Notes: a model not told the origin generated them from the letters alone. A stretch of 46,057 nt of DNA from Candidatus Binatia bacterium (GCA_035574535.1 DATLYV010000028.1:1-46057), one strand, 5' to 3'. Counted from the first letter of the stretch, positions 17,013 through 25,128 are shown. Numbers and translations: made by a program.

Positions 17013-17207
17013 CTAGCGCCCTTCGCGGATGCTGGTCTTGCGGTGGCGAGCGACGGTCGCGTCGGTGACGAACCGGCCGCTGATGGCGGAACGGTTCCCC
17101 TTGCCATTGCTTGGGACGGTCTGGGTGACCGTCGTCTTCGGGCGCCGAGCCGCGGTCGCCCGCGACACGAACCGTCCAGTGATCGCTGACCGATTGATCT
17201 TGCTCAT
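17013..17207 (-). CDS. Small basic protein made of two tandem ~27-aa repeats
   Basis: The internal ATG at 17207 is preceded by AAGGAG. The repeats are NRSAITGRFVSRATAARRPKTTV and NRSAISGRFVTDATVARHRKTSI. First gene of the minus-strand operon. Confidence 0.55.
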   Translation of the reverse strand: MSKINRSAITGRFVSRATAARRPKTTVTQTVPSNGKGNRSAISGRFVTDATVARHRKTSIREGR

Positions 17208-17377
17208 CTCGTGCTCCTTGATCGGGCGGGCATCGGTGCCATCCTGGACTGCGTCCGCCATCCGCCAACCGACAGGGGTGTCTGTGGACTTGTTACGGTA
17301 TTATACGAGCCAGTAACTGTTGCGTAACTACCATACCACGTGGTTCCGTCGTAACGTCAAGCCACGAAAGGAGGTGC
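17208..17377. promoter_or_regulatory. Divergent control region between the Ubl operon and the XRE-M78 gene, with operator-like repeats
   Basis: AT-richer than its surroundings. GTTAC-N16-GTAAC inverted repeat at 17292-17317 spans TATTATAC. Further GTAAC copies at 17324-17328 and 17351-17355. Perfect 10-bp palindrome ACCACGTGGT at 17335-17344. AAAGGAGG RBS before the GTG at 17378. Confidence 0.4.
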
Positions 17378-18607
17378 GTGACGTCTGGACTAGGGACTCG
17401 CCTCGTGGCCGCCCGGGAGACCCGCAGGCTCCCCCAAGACACGGTCGCTGGGCTACTCGGCGTTAGCCGGGTCATGGTTTCCTACTGGGAGCGCGGGCAG
17501 CGACGTCCGAGCGAACAGACCCTCGAACGGCTGGCGACCCTGTACGGTGTGCCGCTCGCAGTGCTCGTGGATCCCAACATTCCATTGCCGGGGTCGCCCG
17601 TCATACCGGGCGCTGATCTCGTGACCCTTCTGTTCCGGGACGCGGAGAGCGGCATTGACGCGGCCGCCGAGTCGGGGCTCGAGGACTTCGTCCGATTCCT
17701 CGACACCTATGCCGACTTGCTGGAGCGGCTCGATGTCGCCGGATACCCGCTACGGCAGTCGCCGTTCTCCATCCGGAAGGGCTTCATCGGCCGGGACGAT
17801 ATCCGCCGGAAGGCCGAGGAAGTCCGCGACTGGCTCCGCCTTGGGCTCGGACCGGTCGGCGATCTCACGGGTGTCCTCGATGATGCCGGCATCACCGTGT
17901 ATCGGACCGCGCTCGGCGCTGACCTGCAGCACGGCGTATCCGGAGCATTCCTGAACCATCCCCGACTCGGGATGTGCATCGCCGTCAACCTCGAGACCAC
18001 GCCGGGTCGACAGGTCTTCACGATCGCCCACGAGCTAGCGCATGCGCTCTACCACAGCCACCGCGACGGCCAGGTCGTGAGCTACTGGGGCCGTCAGGAC
18101 GAAAAGGAGCGGTTCGCGGATGCCTGGGCCGGAGAATTCCTCGTCCCGCAGGAGGGCTTGCGCCGAGCGAGCGAGAGCCTAGGAATCAAGAACGTGACGA
18201 CCGCCGATGAGGCGGTCCACCTCCAGCGGCTCTACGGCGTCTCATACGGGATGATGCTGGTCCGGCTCCTTCAGGCCAACTTGCTGAGCGCGGAGACGTA
18301 TGACGCCGTCAAGGGTGCTCGACCGGTGGCGATCGCATCGGCCCTGGGCTACGCAGTCCATCCAGAGGAGTGGCGCCAAGACCCTGCCCGTTGGCGGTTG
18401 GAGCGGTTCCCGCGTCGGTTCATCCGCGCGTTGACGACAGCCCTGCGAGACGGCCGGATCAGCCCAAGCTCTGCTGCGTCGCTTACAGGTCTGACCGTCG
18501 ATGAGATGGCCGAGCTCATGACCCCACCAGCAGGCAACGGAGACGCGCAAGCCGTCCAGGAGCAGCGCGAGTTCGCCGGTGTCCGACAGCGCGTCGCCGC
18601 CGCCTGA
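17378..18607 (+). CDS. XRE-family HTH fused to ImmA/IrrE-type (M78) zinc metallopeptidase
   Basis: N-terminal HTH (LVAARETRRLPQDTVAGLLGVSRVMVSYWERGQRRPS). HEXXH motif in FTIAHELAHALYH, followed by ERFADAWAGEFLVP. Confidence 0.85.
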   Translation: MTSGLGTRLVAARETRRLPQDTVAGLLGVSRVMVSYWERGQRRPSEQTLERLATLYGVPLAVLVDPNIPLPGSPVIPGADLVTLLFRDAESGIDAAAESGLEDFVRFLDTYADLLERLDVAGYPLRQSPFSIRKGFIGRDDIRRKAEEVRDWLRLGLGPVGDLTGVLDDAGITVYRTALGADLQHGVSGAFLNHPRLGMCIAVNLETTPGRQVFTIAHELAHALYHSHRDGQVVSYWGRQDEKERFADAWAGEFLVPQEGLRRASESLGIKNVTTADEAVHLQRLYGVSYGMMLVRLLQANLLSAETYDAVKGARPVAIASALGYAVHPEEWRQDPARWRLERFPRRFIRALTTALRDGRISPSSAASLTGLTVDEMAELMTPPAGNGDAQAVQEQREFAGVRQRVAAA

Positions 18608-19223
18608 GACCCCGGTCGTCTTCGACACCGTCGTCGTCAACTACTTCCTCGCAGCTGGCGAGGTCGAGCTCCTGACCCAGCTGTTTGGGCAGCCCTTGCG
18701 TGTCCCCCGAGCGGTCTTCGATCCGGATGAGGAGGACTCCGAACGCGAAGAGGCGATGAGCGAGCTTCGACGCGGTCTGCACCTCCACAGACGCCGGGTG
18801 GCTGACAAGGCCACGGCGCCAGAATTGCGAGACAAGTCGATCCGGGCACTGCCGCACTTTGAACGATTGCCTGGATTGTTCGAGTCAGTGACGATCGCGG
18901 TGCTTGACATGGATGCCGCGGAGCTGCGGCGCTATGCAGAGATGCGTGACCCGAAGCTGGCGGCCACCTTCGGCACGGTTCTGGGCCTGGGCGCCGGCGA
19001 GGCGGCAATGCTCGCGATCTGCGAGAACAGGAAGTGGGTCCCGGCAACAGACGACTCGGATGCGATCACCGTGGCCAAGCGGCTGCTGCCGGGCGTTAGG
19101 CCGCTACGGATCCGGGCGATCCTCCGCCGAGCAATCGACGCAGGGCTGATCGATCTCGGAGCAGGGCGCCGACTTCACCAGACGATGCGGGAACTTGGCT
19201 TCTGGGACACCGGTCAACTGTAG
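18579..19223 (+). CDS. PIN-like domain protein (putative nuclease/toxin-like partner)
   Basis: The GTG start overlaps the upstream gene by 29 nt. Acidic residues sit at PIN-like positions: VVFDTVVVNYF, GAGEAAMLAIC and PATDDSDAI. Confidence 0.55.
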   Translation: MSDSASPPPETPVVFDTVVVNYFLAAGEVELLTQLFGQPLRVPRAVFDPDEEDSEREEAMSELRRGLHLHRRRVADKATAPELRDKSIRALPHFERLPGLFESVTIAVLDMDAAELRRYAEMRDPKLAATFGTVLGLGAGEAAMLAICENRKWVPATDDSDAITVAKRLLPGVRPLRIRAILRRAIDAGLIDLGAGRRLHQTMRELGFWDTGQL

Positions 19224-19393
19224 GGATCGCTCCGGACCAAGCGGGGTCATCCTCGTCGTCAACCACGCCGGCCAGGGTCGGAAGTTATCTGCTGAATCCG
19301 GCTCCGCTACAGGTCCGACGCGGCGAGACCAGTTCCCGTCTGCCCATGGCTTTGAGCAGCTGTTTGAACTCATCGCCTATACTCGCCCCTCGG

Positions 19394-19468
19394 GCCGACA
19401 TAGCTCAGCGGTAGAGCAGCTGTTTCGTAAACAGCAGGTCCTCGGTTCAAATCCGAGTGTCGGCTCCA
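19394..19468 (+). tRNA. tRNA-Thr, anticodon CGT, CCA encoded
   Basis: Folded by hand. Acceptor GCCGACA/TGTCGGC, D stem GCTC/GAGC, anticodon stem GCTGT/ACAGC with loop TTCGTAA, T stem CTCGG/CCGAG with loop TTCAAAT. Length 75 nt. TATACT -10-like hexamer at 19378-19383. Confidence 0.9.
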
Positions 19469-19710
19469 GCCCCCCTCTTCATTCGCCCGCCCAGGCGGTC
19501 GCGCGTCGGCGTCCTCCCATGCCCGCGAGCTTCGGCTCGAGGCAGCCAACGGCGACGAGCAGGCAATGGCCGCGGGGAACCCGTCGAAGCCCGTCGTGTC
19601 GGGCGGCCGAGGGGAGCACGGCCCAAGGCGACCTCGAGCGCCGCCGAGCCGAGGTGTGCGAGGACGAGGGCAAGGGAGCCGACGCGCCGGAATGGACGAG
19701 GAGGCCGTCG

Positions 19711-21918
19711 CTACGGGCTCGAGCTGACGGGCGCGCCGACGGGCTCGACGCCCGGAGGGCCGAGTCGCAGCCCGCGGAGGAGCTGGGCGTTGAGGGCGAC
19801 GATGATCGTCGAGACGCTCATCGCGATCGCGCCGACGGCCATCGGCAGGTCGATCCCCCACGGCACCAGGACCCCGGCCGCGACCGGGATGGCGACGAGG
19901 TTGTAGCCGGTCGCCCAGACGAGGTTCTGGAGCATCTTCCGGTAGGTCGCGCGCGAGAGCTCGATCGCCCCGACGACGTCGCGCGGGTCGCTCCGGACGA
20001 GCACGATACCGGCCGACTCCACGGCCACGTCGGTCCCGGCGCCGATCGCGATCCCGACGTCGGCCGTGGCCAGCGCGGGCGCGTCGTTGACGCCGTCGCC
20101 GACCATCGCGACCCGCCGCGCGCCCGACTGGAAGCGCCGGACCGCGGCAGCCTTGTCGGCGGGGAGGACCTGCGCGGCGACCTCGTCGATCTCGAGCCGC
20201 CGCGCGACGGAGTCGGCGACCGCCTGGCTGTCGCCGGTGATCATCGCCACCCGCAGGCCGAGGTCGTGGAGCCTGCGCACCGCGTCCGCCGACTCCGGCC
20301 GGATCTCGTCCTCGAGGCCGAACGCGCCGACGATCCGGCCGTCCGCGACGACGTGCAGGACGGTCCGGCCCTCGGCGGCCCACGGCGCCGTCGCGGGGAG
20401 CGGCTCGAGACCGAGCTCCGCGAGGAGCTGCGGGCCACCGACGGCCACGGTCCGGCCGTCAACGGTGGCGCGCGCCCCCCGGCCCGGCAGGCTCTCGAAG
20501 CCGGTCGCGGCGGGGACCTTTAGACCCCGCTCCGTGGCGGCCGCGACGATGGCCCGCGCCAGGGGATGCTCCGAGTCCGACTCGACCGCGGCGGCCAGTC
20601 GCAGCAGCTCGGCCTTGGTGCCCGCGTCGCCGCCCTCGGCGCCGGTGTCGCCCACCGTCGCCATCGCCGTCACGGCGTGCCGCCCTCGCGTCAGCGTGCC
20701 CGTCTTGTCGAAGATGACGACGTCGAGCTCGCGCGCCCGCTCGAGCGCGAGCCGATCCTTGACGAGCAGCCCGTTGCGCGCGCCCAGCGACGTCGAGATG
20801 GCGATGACGAGCGGGATCGCGAGCCCCAGTGCGTGCGGGCAGGCGATGACGAGGACCGTCGCCGTCCGGACGAGCGCGCCCTCCCGATCGCCCGCGAGCC
20901 ACCAGAACCCGAGGGTCAGCGCGCCCGCGACCAGCGCGACGTAGAAGAGCAGCGCCGCCGCGCGATCCGCGAGCGCCTGGGCGCGCGACGCGGACAACTG
21001 GGCCGCCTCGACCAGCCGCATGATCCCCGAAAGCGCGGTCGCCTCCCCGACCGCCTCGACGCGCACCCGCAGGCTGCCGCCGGCGGCGACCGTCCCGGCG
21101 ACGACCCGGTCGCCCCTGGCCTTCGGGACCGGCCTCGACTCGCCGGTGATCATCGACTCGTCGAGGTCGGCCTCGCCGTCGAGCACCTCGCCGTCGGCGG
21201 GCACCCGACCGCCCGGCCGCACCAGCACGACGTCGCCGGTCGACAGTGCGGACAGCGGAACCGTCTCGGTCCGTCCGTCGACCGCCCGCTCCGCCGTGTC
21301 GGGGAGCAGCTCGGCGAGGGCCGCGAGGGAGCCGCGCGCCTGCTCGATCGACCGCATCTCCAGCCAGTGGCCGAGGAGCATGATCGTGATGAGGGTCGAC
21401 AGCTCCCACCAGATCTCGACCTCAAACAGGCCGAGCGTGGCTGCCGCGCTCGTCGCGAAGGCGACCACGATCGCGAGCGAGATGAGGGTCATCATCCCGG
21501 GCTGCCGATCGGCCAGCTCGCGGCGTGCGCCCCGCAGGAACACCAGACCGCCGTAGAAGAACAGGATCGTGCCGCCGAGCGCCGGGATCAGTTCCGAGCC
21601 CGGGAACCGGGGTGCCGCGTAGCCGATCCACGCCTGGATGTCGTCGCTCCAGGCGAGGACGGGCAGGGTCAGGAGGAGGCTGAGCCAGAACCGGTCGCGG
21701 AAGCCGGCGACGGAGTGGCCCTCGTGGCGATCGTGCGCCGCGTGGCGGTCACCGGTCGCGTGACGGTCACCGGTCGCGTGACGCCCGTGTGCCGCGTTCG
21801 CGGCTGCAGGTGCCGGCGCAGATGTCGCGACCTGCGGCGCGTGAGACGAACCCTCGTGCGCGTGCTGCGCACCTTCGTGCGAGCCGTGGCTTTCGTGCGC
21901 CGACGGGTGGTGGTCCAT
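19711..21918 (-). CDS. copB: P1B-type heavy-metal ATPase, CopB-like (His-rich N-terminus, CPH motif)
   Basis: Contains DKTGTLT, a TGES-like ITGESRP, GDGVNDAPAL, and the transmembrane motif CPHALGLAIP (CPH rather than CPC). The N-terminus is rich in His (HESHGSHEGAQHAHEGSSH, HATGDRHATGDRHAAHDRHEGH). Confidence 0.85.
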   Translation of the reverse strand: MDHHPSAHESHGSHEGAQHAHEGSSHAPQVATSAPAPAAANAAHGRHATGDRHATGDRHAAHDRHEGHSVAGFRDRFWLSLLLTLPVLAWSDDIQAWIGYAAPRFPGSELIPALGGTILFFYGGLVFLRGARRELADRQPGMMTLISLAIVVAFATSAAATLGLFEVEIWWELSTLITIMLLGHWLEMRSIEQARGSLAALAELLPDTAERAVDGRTETVPLSALSTGDVVLVRPGGRVPADGEVLDGEADLDESMITGESRPVPKARGDRVVAGTVAAGGSLRVRVEAVGEATALSGIMRLVEAAQLSASRAQALADRAAALLFYVALVAGALTLGFWWLAGDREGALVRTATVLVIACPHALGLAIPLVIAISTSLGARNGLLVKDRLALERARELDVVIFDKTGTLTRGRHAVTAMATVGDTGAEGGDAGTKAELLRLAAAVESDSEHPLARAIVAAATERGLKVPAATGFESLPGRGARATVDGRTVAVGGPQLLAELGLEPLPATAPWAAEGRTVLHVVADGRIVGAFGLEDEIRPESADAVRRLHDLGLRVAMITGDSQAVADSVARRLEIDEVAAQVLPADKAAAVRRFQSGARRVAMVGDGVNDAPALATADVGIAIGAGTDVAVESAGIVLVRSDPRDVVGAIELSRATYRKMLQNLVWATGYNLVAIPVAAGVLVPWGIDLPMAVGAIAMSVSTIIVALNAQLLRGLRLGPPGVEPVGAPVSSSP

Positions 21919-22132
21919 GTCCAGGGGATCATGCGCCGCGGCTCCCTGGCGCGCCTGATTCAGGCCGGCGCCACGCTCAGCGCCGACGCGCCGCGCGCTC
22001 CCGGAGCACCGTCACGGACGCCGCGGGGGCCGCTACGCGACCGGCTCCGCCTCGGGGGCCGGCTGACCCGTGTAGAACGCTGTCGTGTTCGCAACCATGC
22101 GGGCCGCGGTTGCCTCGTCGAGGCCGGGCGCG

Positions 22133-22151
22133 GGCCCGCCGCGGGCGGGCC
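22133..22151 (-). terminator. GC-rich hairpin immediately downstream of the CapA-like gene
   Basis: GGCCCGCC-GCG-GGCGGGCC gives a perfect 8-bp stem 9 nt after the stop. No U-tract, so the call is only tentative. Confidence 0.3.
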
Positions 22152-22159
22152 GGGTTGAT

Positions 22160-23827
22160 TCAGGGCAGGTAGTCGAGGTCTGAGCAGAGCGCGCCCGAGC
22201 TCGACGGCTCGCACGACTTGAAGATCCGGTTCAGCACGTAGCGACCGTCCCCGAGTGGATCGATGAGCGGCGGCCGAGCACCGCCGATGATCACGTACGG
22301 GTGCAGCCGGACGTTGGCGAGCCGGACGCCGACGAACTTCTGCTCGAGGATCACGCCCTCCTGGAGATCCTGGAAGAAGTCCTGCCCGTAGACGTAGTTG
22401 CCCGGGCTGGCGAGGACGACCGAGACGTCGGCGCCGTTCGGGCGCAGGAACATCGGCCCGGCGACGTGGGTGCCGGCGCCGACGACGTGGTCGCAGCCCT
22501 CCTCGAAGAACATCTCCATCTGCCCGACCTGCTTCGGCAGGAGGTTGTCGTGGTACTCGCGGCCGCCCCACCACTGGGGGTCGCACATGATCACGTCGGC
22601 CCCGGCCTCGCGGGCCCGGCGCACCCCCTCGCGGATGTTCGCGCGGGTGATCCACGGGACGCCGGCGGTGTCCTCGTCCGCGCGCGCGACGCCGCCGACG
22701 TCGTTGACGGCGATGAACGCGACCTTGACGCCGGCGACCTCGACGTACGCGGGCTCGATCGCCTCGTCGAGGTTCATCCCGAGGCCCGTGCGGCCGACCC
22801 CGTGCGTGTCGAGCAGGCGCAAGGTCGACCGGATGCCCCGGACGCCCTTGTCGCTCATGTGGTTCGCGGCGAGGTAGACGACGTCGATGCCGAGGATGTC
22901 CTTCCACTCGGGGATGACCGCCTCGGGGACCGACAGCACGACGCCGCGGAACGGGTTCGGCACGTACTCGTCGGTCGGGAGGATCGGGCACTCGTGGTCT
23001 GCGATCGCGACGTCGGCGCGGCGCTGGAGCAGCCCGATCGCACCGTCGTTGCCAGTGGCGCGCGGCTCGACCCAGAGGTTCTGGTCGATGCCCGGCGGCG
23101 GGTTCGGGTTGAGGCGCGGCGGCCGGATGTACTCGGCCGTGCCCCCGCCGAAGACCCAGTCCCAGCCCTTGCCCCGCGTGACCGCCTCGCGCGCCGCGTA
23201 GCGATCGGAGCAGAGGCTCCCGATCGAGGTCATCGTCCAGACCTGCGAGGGGTCGTAGGCGGTCCAGGTCGGGTCGAGCTCGACCTCGCCGGTCGCGCGA
23301 CCGGTGATCGGGTACGGCAGGCCGCGGGCCTCGGGGTCGCCGAACAGGTCCGGCCCGAAGAGCCCGAACGGGCCGTCGCCCTCGATCGGGAGGACCTTCG
23401 TCGCCGGCTGCACGAGTCCCGGCGGCAGGAGCGCGACGAGCTGCTGGTCGTCCTCGATCGCGGCGGCGACGTCCTGCGGCGGGATGCACTCGGCGCCGGA
23501 CGTGAGCGCGGGCGCGTCGACGACGATGCCGCAGGGGATGACCAGCTCGCCTGCGCTCGCCAGCGCCTCGAGCTCGTCCAGCCCGATCACGCCCTTCCGC
23601 GTCCGCACGCCGGTCACGACCGCGAGCGGGAAGGTGGTCGGGGCGGCGGTGGTCGGGCTGGGCGCTGCGGTGCTCGGCGCGGTCGTCGGCCGGGACGAGG
23701 CCTGGCCGGTGGGGCCGGGCGTGGGATGCCCGGGCGCCGGGGGCTGCGACGGCGCGGGGTTCTGGCACCCGGCAAGCGCCACGATGACGGCGAGAGCGAC
23801 GCTTCGGAGCGTCGTCGGGGTCTGCAC
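22160..23827 (-). CDS. CapA/PGA_cap-family metallophosphatase-like lipoprotein
   Basis: Lipobox LAGC after a signal peptide. Family motifs LAANHMSD, PQWWGGREY and GAGTHV. Confidence 0.8.
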   Translation of the reverse strand: MQTPTTLRSVALAVIVALAGCQNPAPSQPPAPGHPTPGPTGQASSRPTTAPSTAAPSPTTAAPTTFPLAVVTGVRTRKGVIGLDELEALASAGELVIPCGIVVDAPALTSGAECIPPQDVAAAIEDDQQLVALLPPGLVQPATKVLPIEGDGPFGLFGPDLFGDPEARGLPYPITGRATGEVELDPTWTAYDPSQVWTMTSIGSLCSDRYAAREAVTRGKGWDWVFGGGTAEYIRPPRLNPNPPPGIDQNLWVEPRATGNDGAIGLLQRRADVAIADHECPILPTDEYVPNPFRGVVLSVPEAVIPEWKDILGIDVVYLAANHMSDKGVRGIRSTLRLLDTHGVGRTGLGMNLDEAIEPAYVEVAGVKVAFIAVNDVGGVARADEDTAGVPWITRANIREGVRRAREAGADVIMCDPQWWGGREYHDNLLPKQVGQMEMFFEEGCDHVVGAGTHVAGPMFLRPNGADVSVVLASPGNYVYGQDFFQDLQEGVILEQKFVGVRLANVRLHPYVIIGGARPPLIDPLGDGRYVLNRIFKSCEPSSSGALCSDLDYLP

Positions 23828-23988
23828 GGCGCCATGCTATCGGCGGTCGCGGCGAAGGGCGCGCGGGGCCCACGGCGGGGGCGCGGGCCCGGAGCGTGGA
23901 CCGGAGCGCGATCGGACGATCGAAATCGGACGATCGATCGGGCGCCTCGCCGACGCGACGACCGAACCCTCGATAGGCTCCAGTCTCG

Positions 23989-25059
23989 ATGCGCCGACCT
24001 CCCGCACCACGCGCATTCCTCCTCGCCGTCGTCCTCGGCCTCGGGATGCTCGGCACGCCCGGGGGTGGACCCGGCCCGGTCGCGGGGGTCGGGCCGCTGC
24101 CGGAGTGCCGCCTCGACGACATCCTCACCGAACCCCGCGGCTACGACGACTGGGCGATCACTCAGGTCGACTGGATCCTGACGCTCGGCAGGGACTACCG
24201 GCCACCGGACCTGGTCAACGTGCGCGACGCCGGGGTCCGCGGCAGCGGGCTGATCCGGAAGGTCGCCTTCGATGACCTCGAGGCCATGGCCGCCGCGGCC
24301 GAGAAGAACGGCACGCCGCTCGTCAGCTGGAGCGCGTTCCGCGGCTACAACCAGCAGCTCAAGCTGTTCAACGGCTACGCCGGCTGGAACGGCGAGCGCT
24401 ACACGAACTTCGACGGCGCGGTGACGTTCTCGGCGCGGCCCGGACACTCCGAGCACCAGACGGGCCTGACGATCGACTTCGTCGGCGTCGGCGACACCGG
24501 CCTGACGAGCAACTGGGAGGTCACGCCCACCGGCGGCTGGATGGCCAGGAACGCTTGGAAGTACGGCTGGCTCATGAGCTACCCGCAGGGCAAGAAGGGC
24601 GTCACGTGCTACCGCTACGAGCCGTGGCACTACCGCTACGTCGGCCGGGACCTCGCCGCGAAGATCCACGACTCCGGCCTGACGATCCGCGAGTACCTCT
24701 GGGCGCACTACACGCAGGTCGACCCGGCGTGCGTGGCCCTGCCTCCGCCGCCGCTGCAGACGCCCGGGACGCCGCGGTCCTGCGCCCTGGCGGCGCCGAC
24801 CCCGACCCCGGAGCCGCAATCCACGGCCGCATCCACCACCGAGCCGACCGGTGCGCCGTCGTCGCTGCCGCCGGCAGAGACGCCGGCGGCGTCCGTGCCG
24901 GGCTCGCCCACGTCGGGCCCGGCCGCCACACCGAGCACCGCCCCCACCGGCGTCCTCGGGCAGGCGCTGCCGATCGGGGTCGGTGTCGTGCTGGCGGTGG
25001 CCGCGCTGCTGGCCTTCTGGCTGTGGCGCTCGTCGGGGCGCGCCCGGCGCCGCTGGTAG
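23989..25059 (+). CDS. VanY-type (M15B) D-alanyl-D-alanine carboxypeptidase with Pro/Thr-rich linker and C-terminal TM anchor
   Basis: Motifs SAFRGYNQQ, SEHQTGLTIDF and EPWHYRYVG. N-terminal signal sequence. C-terminal hydrophobic helix followed by RSSGRARRRW. Confidence 0.8.
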   Translation: MRRPPAPRAFLLAVVLGLGMLGTPGGGPGPVAGVGPLPECRLDDILTEPRGYDDWAITQVDWILTLGRDYRPPDLVNVRDAGVRGSGLIRKVAFDDLEAMAAAAEKNGTPLVSWSAFRGYNQQLKLFNGYAGWNGERYTNFDGAVTFSARPGHSEHQTGLTIDFVGVGDTGLTSNWEVTPTGGWMARNAWKYGWLMSYPQGKKGVTCYRYEPWHYRYVGRDLAAKIHDSGLTIREYLWAHYTQVDPACVALPPPPLQTPGTPRSCALAAPTPTPEPQSTAASTTEPTGAPSSLPPAETPAASVPGSPTSGPAATPSTAPTGVLGQALPIGVGVVLAVAALLAFWLWRSSGRARRRW

Positions 25060-25128
25060 GCAGCGTTCCCGGTCTCGGCGGCGGCTGGCCATCGAGTGCG
25101 CCGCCCCGGGTGCGACCCCCGCGCGAGT

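Larger units (their letters stand above)
14368..19393. mobile_element. ~5-kb tRNA-Thr-associated genomic islet (lower GC, accessory gene content, no recognisable integrase)
   Basis: Bracketed by the direct repeat at 14306-14367 and 19371-19431. Codon third positions are visibly richer in A/T than in flanking genes. Gene content is an Ubl/E1/E2-like operon, an XRE-M78 fusion and a PIN-like gene. Confidence 0.6.

Noticed and set aside
14368-19393. Search for an integrase, recombinase, transposase or terminal inverted repeats inside the islet
   Set aside because: No ORF shows tyrosine-recombinase (R..HxxR..Y), serine-recombinase or DDE signatures, and no terminal inverted repeats were seen. I therefore call it an islet with att-like direct repeats rather than an intact mobile element.
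19479-19673. 64-aa minus ORF downstream of copB, considered as a possible CopZ/CsoR-like small gene
   Set aside because: It has no CxxC metal-binding motif or CsoR signature, and its Arg/Ser-rich composition suggests non-coding DNA.
19195-20523. 442-aa plus ORF that runs through the tRNA-Thr gene and the copB antisense strand
   Set aside because: It crosses a well-folded tRNA and is antisense to the P-type ATPase. Biased composition.
21960-24181. 722-aa minus and 626-aa plus ORFs overlapping the CapA-like gene
   Set aside because: Only the 22160-23827 frame gives a lipoprotein signal and CapA motifs. The others are Arg/Pro-rich artefacts.
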